Positions 55,427 to 63,581 of a stretch of 64,000 nucleotides of DNA are shown in pieces. The first letter of the stretch is position 1, and the number at the start of each line of letters is the position of its first letter. The position numbers and the translations under genes were made by a program. This stretch comes from an uncultured Akkermansia sp. (GTDB lineage: Bacteria; Verrucomicrobiota; Verrucomicrobiia; Verrucomicrobiales; Akkermansiaceae), in assembly GCA_947631275.1 (NCBI GenBank), contig CANRKR010000002.1, positions 296-64,295 on the forward strand, in the 5' to 3' direction. Under the pieces are notes generated by a model, which saw nothing but the letters and a program-made list of their open reading frames with translations, did no database searches and was not told the origin of the DNA.

Positions 55427-57308
55427 GGCTTTTCGTGGCTTCTCGCAGCATGCGTCGCGCGGCACTGTGCAGGTCTTCAGCCAGACTCCTCGTCGCGTGG
55501 CTGAGAAGTTTTCGAAACGGCGGTGTGGTTTCCGCCGGTTTCCCGGCAGCGTCCAGCGCGCCGCACCAGAGGATCACAGTCACGCCTCGGTCATTGCACA
55601 CCATACTCCAATACCCGCCATTTCCCGGGAGTTCCTCGTGCAGTGCGACAGGCAGCCCTTCGCTGTAGCGGAAGGGAGGTAAGTGTGAGACGGCCACGGC
55701 TCCTTCACGCCGCAAGAGCTCTCGCGGCGGTGTGTCGCGATCGGCGGCATAGATAAGTCTCTGACCATTGCTCCACACTGTTGAGACCAGTCGCAGGGGG
55801 TAATTGCGACCCGCGTTTTGCAGCGCAAAGAGAAGCCGCGCCATATCGATTTTGCGCACGCGGAAAAGACCGTCGTAAAGAGCTTGCTCATTTTCTTTGT
55901 CCGGCAGCTCCACCCCTCCCGGCAGGAGAGAATTCAGAGCGTTGCTTACAGCGTCGTAGCCCAGACGCGAGCCGGTGATTCTTGCGCTGTGCGCCACAAT
56001 ATGCTGCTCGTTGCGTCCCGGCAGGCAGGCGCTGTAGAAGATGAAGGGGGCCACGATTCGCCCGGGCAAGATTTCGTCCAACCAGTAGTTGATATTGTCG
56101 GCAGAGTCACGCCCGCACGTGACCGCCAGCACATTTCCACGGTGGTTCAGTCGCGCGTCAATAACCAGTGCGCATATCTGCAACTTGATTTTTCCCGACT
56201 GTGTGGGTGCGTTGCCGCGTTGCAGGTTAGCCGGTCGTTTTGTCGCAGCAAAGTTCTTTTGTGAAATTTTTTCAGCATCTCCCTTTGCCGCCCACGCGGC
56301 GGGGTAGGGAGCCTCCGGGTTCTCCAGAATGTTAAGCGTCTCACGTGCAGCCCGCTCCAGGTACTGTTGGATAGGTTCCTGTAAAAAGCTGACCACCGAT
56401 AATCCATGTCCCCTCTCGCGGGCAATGCCGGGCAGCAAATCCAGCTCTGCATTGGCCCACATGGCAGGATAGATGAGCGGTTCATCCGTTCTCTGCGCAA
56501 CGGGTTGTGTTGAGGAGACAGGCTCCTTCACAGCTTGCTCATATTCTGTCTGCGAGATGTAGTTGAGCTCTCGCATGCGCTGCAGCGTTTCATCACGGGC
56601 TTTCACGGCGCGCTCGGCATTGCGTACGGGATTGATGAGCGATGGGGCGCGGACGATGCCTGCCAGGAGAGCGGATTCTGCAGTATTGAGTTCCTTGATT
56701 TCCTTTCCGAAGTAAGTGCGCGCTGCTTCTCGCAGTCCGTAGCAGTTCTGCCCGAAGTAGATGCGGCTGAGGTACTGACAGAGCAGTGTCGCTTTGTCGT
56801 AGCGATTTTCCAGCCTTTGCGCCAGCATGATTTCCAGCAGTTTGCGGTCAAGAGTCTTGCCCTGCAGGTCAAAGACGTGCCGCGTAAGCTGCATGGTGAT
56901 AGTGGAGGCTCCTTGTTTGTAGCTCATGGAGAGCAAATTGCGCATGGCAGAACGCACGAGGGCAGAGTAAACAACGCCGTGGTGTTCGAAAAAGTGTTCG
57001 TCCTCTCGTGCGAGAAAGGCTTCCACAAGGTGCGGCGGCAGTTCTGCCCATGTCACCGGGGCATTGTCGTGCGGCGTCAAGGTTGCCACGGGGTGCTGGT
57101 TGTTGTCGTAGAGTGTGCATCCGGGCAGGCCGCTGATGAGTCGTTCCGGAGCATATCCCGTTGCTCGCACGGAATAGACAAGCAGTACTGTGAGCAAAAT
57201 GACGACAAAACACACTCCGATCATCATGAGAAGCCGGATCTTCTTGCGCCCCAGGCCCAGGGGGTGGTACCAGCGTTTGTGCCGGTTCTGTTCCCGTGAG
57301 AAAAACAT
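55419..57308 (-). CDS. class-A PBP homologue: intact GT51 transglycosylase domain, transpeptidase-like domain lacking SxxK/KTG
   Basis: 629 aa with an N-terminal TM helix. GT51 motifs are EDEHFFEHHG, GASTITMQL and RKLLE. The position of PGSxFKP reads PGRIVAP. Confidence 0.85.
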   Translation of the reverse strand: MFFSREQNRHKRWYHPLGLGRKKIRLLMMIGVCFVVILLTVLLVYSVRATGYAPERLISGLPGCTLYDNNQHPVATLTPHDNAPVTWAELPPHLVEAFLAREDEHFFEHHGVVYSALVRSAMRNLLSMSYKQGASTITMQLTRHVFDLQGKTLDRKLLEIMLAQRLENRYDKATLLCQYLSRIYFGQNCYGLREAARTYFGKEIKELNTAESALLAGIVRAPSLINPVRNAERAVKARDETLQRMRELNYISQTEYEQAVKEPVSSTQPVAQRTDEPLIYPAMWANAELDLLPGIARERGHGLSVVSFLQEPIQQYLERAARETLNILENPEAPYPAAWAAKGDAEKISQKNFAATKRPANLQRGNAPTQSGKIKLQICALVIDARLNHRGNVLAVTCGRDSADNINYWLDEILPGRIVAPFIFYSACLPGRNEQHIVAHSARITGSRLGYDAVSNALNSLLPGGVELPDKENEQALYDGLFRVRKIDMARLLFALQNAGRNYPLRLVSTVWSNGQRLIYAADRDTPPRELLRREGAVAVSHLPPFRYSEGLPVALHEELPGNGGYWSMVCNDRGVTVILWCGALDAAGKPAETTPPFRKLLSHATRSLAEDLHSAARRMLREATKSHD

Positions 57309-57311
57309 GCC

Positions 57312-59777
57312 CTACTTACCCTCATGTGTGCTTGCGTTGCGAATTAACCGCTGCGCGTCCGCCGGGGGAGTCCACTGCGGGAATTCCGTCTTCATTGCCT
57401 CGGTATACTGCAAGCTTTCGACGCTTTTACCGCCGTACTTGAGAGCCGCCGCGAGCTTGTAGGTCGCCAGGGGCTTGAGTTCGGCATCGCTGACTACATT
57501 CGCCACTCGCCCATAGTAGCGGGACGCTTCCTCGTACTGCCCGCCGGCAAAATAAGTATCCCCCAGGGTGATGAGCAGCGCGGATTTGACGGGGCCGTCA
57601 ATGCCCAGAGAAATCGCTTGTTCACAGGTATTGCGCGCTTGAGACAGCATGCCGGATTCCAGTTGCAGGCGGGCCAGGTCCCGCATCCCTTCCGCCCTGC
57701 GGTAGGGCTGCTTTTCCAGAGCAAGGTAATTGCGCGCGGCTTCCAGTCCGCGCTTGTATTGTCCGAGCTCCAGCAGGGAATGCGCCAGGAGTTTCCAGAC
57801 GATCGGCTCCACCTTTGGTCGCTCCTGCTTGCTGCCGTCCGGCGCGGTGTATTGCTCTTTTGGTTCGCGTGCGATGGCATCCGTCAGCAGGCTATCTGCC
57901 CCGGCGAAGTCATTTTTCTGAAAGCTCATCCAGCCGCACCAGCGCAGGATGCCCGGCGGCAGGGCATTGTACGACGCCGGATTTGTCTGCCGCAGACTAT
58001 AGAGGGCTCGTTTCAGACGATCAGCATCCTGCATTTTGAAGTAGCACTGCACCAGCGCCGTCTCCACCCGCGAGCCGTAGATATCCGGGGCAATGGAGCC
58101 AGCCTCTGTGAAATGCGGGACGGCTGCTTCCGGCTGCGTTTCGTAGAGGGCGCAGGCTATGCTGTAATGGGCCTCCGCGAGAGCCGCTGGCTTAATTCCC
58201 TGCCGTTTGCAGTTGAGAAGTCCCTCGTAGTAGCGAATCATGCGTTGGGGGTCATTCTTACTGGCGTGTGCCGCCTTTTGCCAGCAGACGAGGGCTGCCT
58301 GGGAATTTGGGTAATGTTGCAGCACGGTATCAAAATCCCGCAAAGCTTCGCCGATCTTTCCCTGGCCAGCCAGGACGGAGCCGCGCAGGGCGTAGGCATC
58401 CGGCAAGCGGGGATCCTGCTTATAGGTGGCAATGAAGTGATTGAGAGTGGGGATGGGATCGTAGCTATTTCCTTGTGCCGCGCACCAGGCTTTTTTGTAT
58501 TCGGCGTCCGCCTGGATCTCCTTTGGCAGTTGTTCGATGCGCAGTACGTCAAACTGCCTGGCTGCTTCTTCAGTATCTGCCGCCATAATGCAGTCGGCGT
58601 ACGTAAAGCGCACCCAATCGCAGATGGCGAGGCTTGCCGTCGGCGATCCGGGTGCGGTGTAGGTGCTCAGAAACTTGTGGGCAAGGGAGAGCAGGTTGTC
58701 TGACTGCATCTGTTGAGCGCACACGATACGGCGATAGGCGGCATCTGCCCCTACTGCGCCGTTCGGCTGATATCGCTCCGCCATCTCAAACCACGCCGCT
58801 GCTTCCTGATACATCTCCTGATCCAGGTATGCCTGTCCCACGATGAGCGCGCGGCGTGCTTCTTTCTCCGGATCATTCAGCGGATGGTAATTCCTGGAAA
58901 CTTTTTTGAATATGCCTTCGTAATCTTTGCGCTTGTACATCCGCACCATGGCTTCCAGCTGCGCTTCTGCGGCGTACTGTGCCATGTCTTCAGCGTCGGA
59001 TATTTTGTCGTAAAGCGCCTGTGCTTCAGCATCCCGTCCCAGTTGAGAGGCGAGGCGGGCGGCCTGCAGGGTTGCCATGGCGCGCACCGGTTTTTCCAGG
59101 TTTTTCATGCCCAGCAGCTTCGTGAAAAGAGCGTAAGCCTCGGCGTCTTTTGACTGCTCAGTTCTGAGTTGGGCAAGCGCCAGCAGACTCGCCTGCTGGA
59201 TGCCCGGCTGCACCCCGTTCGCCCCGCAAAGGCGCGTCAGAATACCCTCAGCTTCATGACGCTGGTTCTGCTGGAGCAGGGCGCGTGCCAGACGGTAGAG
59301 GGCGTCCTGCTGCAGTGTCGGTCGCCGCGTTTCGCGGTTCACGATGCGAAAATAACCGGTCGCTTTATTCCAGATGGATCGATCAGCCGCCTGGATGCCG
59401 AGTTTGTAAGCGGCAGCTGCGGCATATTCGCCGTGAAAGTTGTTGGCCAGCTGCCCGAGCAGCACATTAGCCTCCGCCGATTCGCCGATCTCTTCCCGGC
59501 AGGTGGCTTGGAGATAGAGAACCTTATCGCGGTCTTTTGCTCCGGGGTATTTGCGGAGGTAGTCAGCAAAGAGACCGGCCGCGCGCTGAAGATTCGCGCG
59601 TTTTTGATCGCTCTCGTCAGTTTGTCCGCGTGCCTGATCGTAGAGTTGTTCGGCTATGGCGAGTGCGTCCGCCTGCGGGTCGGCCTTCAGGTCGGCCTCC
59701 TGTGCCGGTGCGGGCAGATGCATGCCGACAGTCAGCAGGATGAGGGGGAGCAGGGGGCGGGATAGTGGAGTGGGCAT
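57312..59777 (-). CDS. large secreted TPR-repeat protein
   Basis: ATG 59777 gives MPTPLSRPLLPLILLTVGMHLPAPAQE, which looks like a signal peptide. About 820 aa of A/L/Y-rich TPR-like helical repeats follow. The track ORF starts at 59849. Confidence 0.85.
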   Translation of the reverse strand: MPTPLSRPLLPLILLTVGMHLPAPAQEADLKADPQADALAIAEQLYDQARGQTDESDQKRANLQRAAGLFADYLRKYPGAKDRDKVLYLQATCREEIGESAEANVLLGQLANNFHGEYAAAAAYKLGIQAADRSIWNKATGYFRIVNRETRRPTLQQDALYRLARALLQQNQRHEAEGILTRLCGANGVQPGIQQASLLALAQLRTEQSKDAEAYALFTKLLGMKNLEKPVRAMATLQAARLASQLGRDAEAQALYDKISDAEDMAQYAAEAQLEAMVRMYKRKDYEGIFKKVSRNYHPLNDPEKEARRALIVGQAYLDQEMYQEAAAWFEMAERYQPNGAVGADAAYRRIVCAQQMQSDNLLSLAHKFLSTYTAPGSPTASLAICDWVRFTYADCIMAADTEEAARQFDVLRIEQLPKEIQADAEYKKAWCAAQGNSYDPIPTLNHFIATYKQDPRLPDAYALRGSVLAGQGKIGEALRDFDTVLQHYPNSQAALVCWQKAAHASKNDPQRMIRYYEGLLNCKRQGIKPAALAEAHYSIACALYETQPEAAVPHFTEAGSIAPDIYGSRVETALVQCYFKMQDADRLKRALYSLRQTNPASYNALPPGILRWCGWMSFQKNDFAGADSLLTDAIAREPKEQYTAPDGSKQERPKVEPIVWKLLAHSLLELGQYKRGLEAARNYLALEKQPYRRAEGMRDLARLQLESGMLSQARNTCEQAISLGIDGPVKSALLITLGDTYFAGGQYEEASRYYGRVANVVSDAELKPLATYKLAAALKYGGKSVESLQYTEAMKTEFPQWTPPADAQRLIRNASTHEGK

Positions 59778-59803
59778 CGTTGCGCAGAATACAGGAGAAA
59801 GAT

Positions 59804-60235
59804 TTACTTGGTTTGGGAGGGCAGTTGCTTGGAGAAGGACACATTCCATACGCCGGCCTGGGAGCAGGTGGAGATGACATCTGCGACCTTTTGCCAGCGC
59901 ATCTCGGCATCGCCACGGATGCGCACAGGCTGGTTCGGATTCACCGCAATCATACGCTGCAGCATTGAGAGCAATTTTTCGCGTGTGAATGTCTCTCGAT
60001 CAATCGTGATGACGAGCTCTCCGTTTTCTTCGCGCGCGTTGATGATGATTTCGTCGATGGCGCGGGAGGCCTCCTCGGTTGTTTTGGGCGCCGTGGGGAC
60101 TTTTACCTTCAGGTCCTGCTCATTGAGGATGAATTTCTGGGTGACGACAAAGAAGATAAGCAGCAAAAACACCACATCCAGCATCGGCGCAAGCTGAAAT
60201 CCGATGCAATCTGGCATCTTCACATTGAATTTCAT
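59804..60235 (-). CDS. ExbD/TolR-family biopolymer transport protein
   Basis: 143 aa, with LAPMLDVVFLLLIFFVVT as the TM helix and a conserved periplasmic domain. Confidence 0.9.
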   Translation of the reverse strand: MKFNVKMPDCIGFQLAPMLDVVFLLLIFFVVTQKFILNEQDLKVKVPTAPKTTEEASRAIDEIIINAREENGELVITIDRETFTREKLLSMLQRMIAVNPNQPVRIRGDAEMRWQKVADVISTCSQAGVWNVSFSKQLPSQTK

Positions 60236-60250
60236 CGGCGTAAGATGGAT

Positions 60251-61009
60251 TTATTGGGGATAGTTGCTCAGCGGCTCGGCTTCCGCCATCACTTCTGCGT
60301 TTTTTGTCACAGGTTGGAAGGTTTCTATCGATCGCTGTTCCCGGTTCATCTGCACGGAAATGAGCGAGAGCACGTGTGTGATGGCGGCTTCCATATCGGC
60401 GATCCGTTTCTGAATGCGGTTGCGAAAGATCACGTAGAAAAGCATGCAGGGAATAGCAAGCGCCAGCCCCCCGGCGGTGGTGATCATGGCCTCGGAGATG
60501 CCGCTGGCCATCTGCATCTGTTTCACTCCTTCAAAATTGCCCGCTGCCATTTCCGTAAAAGTTCGCATCATGCCCAGCACGGTTCCCAATAGCCCGATCA
60601 TGGGAGCAATGCCGCCAATATCTGCCAGCCAGCTCGTTTGTCGCGTGAGCATGTTCGCCTGTCGGGAAGCTTCCGCCACGGCCACTTCCCGTACTTCATC
60701 AATATTCGCTCGCGGGTTGCGTTGCAGGAAAAGCATGATCACCTGCAGCGTGCGCGTGAAACTCGAGTCGTTTTCTTCGCACAAATCCATGAGTCCCGCG
60801 TAATCCTTCCGTCGTATTCGCGTTTCCACCAGCGAGACAAGCCGCAGCGGCAACACCGCTCCCTCCCGTGTGACCCAGAGATTCACGATGATAACCATCA
60901 GAGCAATAAAAGACAGCGCAAGGAGAGGCCACATCAGCACGCCTCCCTTTTCAAACAGCGCCATCGCTTGCTCGATCACCTCATCCGATAGGAACATATA
61001 AGCTACCAT
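60251..61009 (-). CDS. MotA/TolQ/ExbB-family proton channel protein
   Basis: 252 aa with three TM helices and GIAPMIGLLGTVLGMMRTF. Confidence 0.9.
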   Translation of the reverse strand: MVAYMFLSDEVIEQAMALFEKGGVLMWPLLALSFIALMVIIVNLWVTREGAVLPLRLVSLVETRIRRKDYAGLMDLCEENDSSFTRTLQVIMLFLQRNPRANIDEVREVAVAEASRQANMLTRQTSWLADIGGIAPMIGLLGTVLGMMRTFTEMAAGNFEGVKQMQMASGISEAMITTAGGLALAIPCMLFYVIFRNRIQKRIADMEAAITHVLSLISVQMNREQRSIETFQPVTKNAEVMAEAEPLSNYPQ

Positions 61010-61024
61010 GGTCTGCTGCGCGCC

Positions 61025-61053
61025 ATTATACCCCTGCTTTCTCTATTTTACAA
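61025..61053 (-). promoter_or_regulatory. sigma70-type promoter candidate (TTGTAA-17-TATAAT) for the exbB-led array
   Basis: The minus strand reads TTGTAA (61053-61048), a 17-nt spacer and TATAAT (61030-61025). It is 15 nt before ATG 61009. Confidence 0.5.
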
Positions 61054-61130
61054 GCCGATTGAGTGTCTGTCTCCGCGTAATGTGCATTTAATTTGGGGTC
61101 AAACATCGCCTGCGTCATCCGACTTTTTTC

Positions 61131-61158
61131 TTGCTCTCGGGAGTGTCCGTGATATAAT
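61131..61158 (+). promoter_or_regulatory. sigma70-type promoter candidate (TTGCTC-16-TGaTATAAT) for the MFS gene
   Basis: TTGCTC at 61131-61136, 16-nt spacer, extended -10 TGaTATAAT ending at 61158. Only 9 nt separate it from ATG 61168, and no SD is visible. Confidence 0.5.
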
Positions 61159-61167
61159 GCGTGCGTT

Positions 61168-63225
61168 ATGAGTACGAGTTTAGCTGCAGACGGCGTGACT
61201 GACTCCGTGAAGCGTTACGCGCGGTACCTGATGGTGATGGCGGGTCTGGGAGGGCTACTTTATGGCATCGACGTCGGCGTGATTGCGGCGGCTGTGCCGT
61301 ACATCGAACAGACTTCGACTTACACCCCGCAGCAAATATCGGTGGTGGTAGCGGCCGTATTGCTCGGCTCGGTGATTTCTTCCCTGTTTGCGGGTGTGTT
61401 GGCGGAGTGGATGGGGCGCAAGAAGGTGATCATCCTCTCTGCGCTTCTCTTCACGCTGAGCATCCCGGTGATCTGCTTTTCCAACGGCGTGTTCGAAGTG
61501 CTGATGAGCGGTCGTATTCTGCAGGGCGCTTCTGCCGGGTTGGTGGGTGTGGTGGTGCCGATGTATCTCGCCGAATGCCTGGATGCCGGTTCTCGCGGCA
61601 AGGGTACGGGTATGTTCCAATTCCTTCTCACTGTGGGACTTGTGTTTGCGGCTGTCATTGGGTATTTGACCACCATTCTCGTAGGATCTGCCACCGATGT
61701 GACCGTGGATGACGCTGACAAAATCATGGCGTGGCAGACAATTTTCTGGTGCTCCGCCATTCCCGGACTCATCCTCTTTTTCGGTGCCTTTCGTCTGAAG
61801 GAGTCCCCCCGCTGGCTTTATCGGCGCGGGAGGGAGGAGGAGGCTCTCATCGCACTGGCGGCCAACAATGGCGAAATCGCTGCGAAGGATATCCTCTCGG
61901 AGATGAAGGCTGCGGATGCTGCGGCTGAGAAAGAGAAGGCGGCCATTGCTGAGGCGGCAAAGGGGGACAGCCTCCTGCAGCGCAAGTATGTGATTCCCTT
62001 TATTCTGGCTGTTATCGTGCTGGCCTGCACTCAGGCAACAGGCATCAATTCCGTGCTCAACTACTCGGTGAAGATTTTCCAGCAGGCCGGTTTGCAGGGG
62101 CAGAGCGCCAATATTGCGGACATGGCCATCAAGGTTGTGAACATGCTCATGACCATCGTTGCCGTTTCGTTGGTGGATAAGAAGGGGCGCACCTTCCTGC
62201 TCAAGATGGGTACACTGGGCATCATCGTCGGTTTGGCCGGCGTCGGCGCCATGTTCCTCTCCGTAGAGGACAGCCGGGTGGACGTCACGGACTTTGTGCA
62301 GGCTCAGGTGAGGCAGTATGAAGGCAAGGGCGCCTACGCCAAGATTTCGGTGGATGACGCGGTGAAGGCCGCTGCCGCTCAGAAGCCTGAGCTCATGCAG
62401 GGAGAATCTATTGCCCCGGGCATGCAGTTGATTGTTACTTACAAACAGGGGGATTCCTCCAACCAGGTGGTGGCGGAGAAGTTTGACCGCGCCGCCTGCC
62501 TCGATGTGGTGAACAAGGCTGCGCTCAGCGAGCCATTTGTGGATGACGCGATGGAGGACGTGGACATTGCGGCGGCACAGGCCGCCTTCCGCGCGGATCT
62601 CGAGAAGAAGTCCATGGAAAAGGTGAGGGTGTTCAAGCTCTCCGACAAGCTGCGTAAGAATCAGGTGCAGCCAGCCGAAGGTGTGGATGCCAAAGCGTTG
62701 GAGAAGGCTCTCCTTGAGCTGGAAAGCAACAGCGACCGCGCAATTATCGCACCCGCTTTCGTCCCGAAACCCACCGCTATTGATCACATCGCCTTCTGGA
62801 ATGATTACCCGGAGCCCGGTTCTCTTCAGCCGTTGGAGATCACTCGTGCTGAGGTAGGCATGAAGCCTGCTCCGGTTACCGGTTGGCTGGTCACGGCGTT
62901 TTTCGTGGTGTTCATTTCGTTTTATGCGGCCGGTCCCGGCGTGTGCGTCTGGCTTGCTCTCTCCGAGCTCATGCCCACTCGCATCCGGGCCAACGGCATG
63001 GCTATTGCGTTGCTCATCAACCAGGGTGTTTCCACTACGATCGCCGGCACTTTCCTGCCGTGGGTTGGCGCCTATGGCTACTCCAGCGTGTTCTTTACGC
63101 TTGCCGGTTTCACAGTGATCTATTTCATCACGGCTGCTTTCTTCCTCCCGGAGACAAAGGGTCGCACCCTTGAGGAGATTGAGCAATACTTTACTACCGG
63201 TAAGATGCCGCAGCCTCAGGAGTAG
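61168..63225 (+). CDS. MFS sugar-porter family transporter with a large insertion between TM9 and TM10
   Basis: Sugar-porter signatures are GRKKVIILSA, KESPRWLYRRG and PETKGRTLEEIE. Twelve hydrophobic segments can be assigned by eye. The protein is 685 aa, against about 470-500 for typical members. Confidence 0.9.
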   Translation: MSTSLAADGVTDSVKRYARYLMVMAGLGGLLYGIDVGVIAAAVPYIEQTSTYTPQQISVVVAAVLLGSVISSLFAGVLAEWMGRKKVIILSALLFTLSIPVICFSNGVFEVLMSGRILQGASAGLVGVVVPMYLAECLDAGSRGKGTGMFQFLLTVGLVFAAVIGYLTTILVGSATDVTVDDADKIMAWQTIFWCSAIPGLILFFGAFRLKESPRWLYRRGREEEALIALAANNGEIAAKDILSEMKAADAAAEKEKAAIAEAAKGDSLLQRKYVIPFILAVIVLACTQATGINSVLNYSVKIFQQAGLQGQSANIADMAIKVVNMLMTIVAVSLVDKKGRTFLLKMGTLGIIVGLAGVGAMFLSVEDSRVDVTDFVQAQVRQYEGKGAYAKISVDDAVKAAAAQKPELMQGESIAPGMQLIVTYKQGDSSNQVVAEKFDRAACLDVVNKAALSEPFVDDAMEDVDIAAAQAAFRADLEKKSMEKVRVFKLSDKLRKNQVQPAEGVDAKALEKALLELESNSDRAIIAPAFVPKPTAIDHIAFWNDYPEPGSLQPLEITRAEVGMKPAPVTGWLVTAFFVVFISFYAAGPGVCVWLALSELMPTRIRANGMAIALLINQGVSTTIAGTFLPWVGAYGYSSVFFTLAGFTVIYFITAAFFLPETKGRTLEEIEQYFTTGKMPQPQE

Positions 63226-63375
63226 GAGGTCTCGGCACAGACGCATTGGAAATCGAGTCGAAACGCTTCAGCGGAGGCGGGGGACGGAGTCACAGGCGGT
63301 AGTCAGCCGGAGAGGTTTTTGGAAGGGTGCGGTTTGTATCCCCCGACCCGGCGCTTCCCATTTGCAACAGGGCAT

Positions 63376-63414
63376 GAAAAATGGGTGCAAATCCTTGATC
63401 TGCACCCATTTTTA
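63376..63414. terminator. bidirectional intrinsic terminator (MFS gene on +, tRNA-Ala on -)
   Basis: ATGGGTGCA (63381-63389) and TGCACCCAT (63401-63409) form a 9-bp perfect stem with an 11-nt loop. The stem is flanked by AAAA upstream and TTTT downstream. Confidence 0.65.
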
Positions 63415-63420
63415 AAACCA

Positions 63421-63493
63421 TGGAGCATAGCGGGCTCGAACCGCTGACCTCCTCAATGCCATTGAGGCGCTCTACCAACTGAGCTAATACCCC
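63421..63493 (-). tRNA. tRNA-Ala (anticodon GGC)
   Basis: The reverse complement GGGGTATTAGCTCAGTTGGTAGAGCGCCTCAATGGCATTGAGGAGGTCAGCGGTTCGAGCCCGCTATGCTCCA folds by hand into a 73-nt cloverleaf. The G3:U70 identity pair is present. The anticodon loop is ATGGCAT. CCA is not encoded. Confidence 0.93.
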
Positions 63494-63513
63494 GGCCGTG
63501 AAAGACGGGGCGC

Positions 63514-63542
63514 ATTATACAGGGAGAGAAAAAGGAAAGCAA
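63514..63542 (-). promoter_or_regulatory. sigma70-type promoter for tRNA-Ala (TTGCTT-17-TATAAT, GC-rich discriminator)
   Basis: The minus strand reads TTGCTT (63542-63537), a 17-nt spacer, TATAAT (63519-63514) and then GCGCCCC. It lies about 20 nt before the mature tRNA 5' end. Confidence 0.65.
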
Positions 63543-63581
63543 GAGAAATGTGCGAAAAAATTGCGAGAGCACGAAGTCTCT

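Noticed and set aside
61255-63246. 663-aa ORF on the minus strand
   Set aside because: It is antisense to the MFS transporter. Its R/H/G-rich sequence has no motifs, whereas the plus frame has all the sugar-porter signatures.
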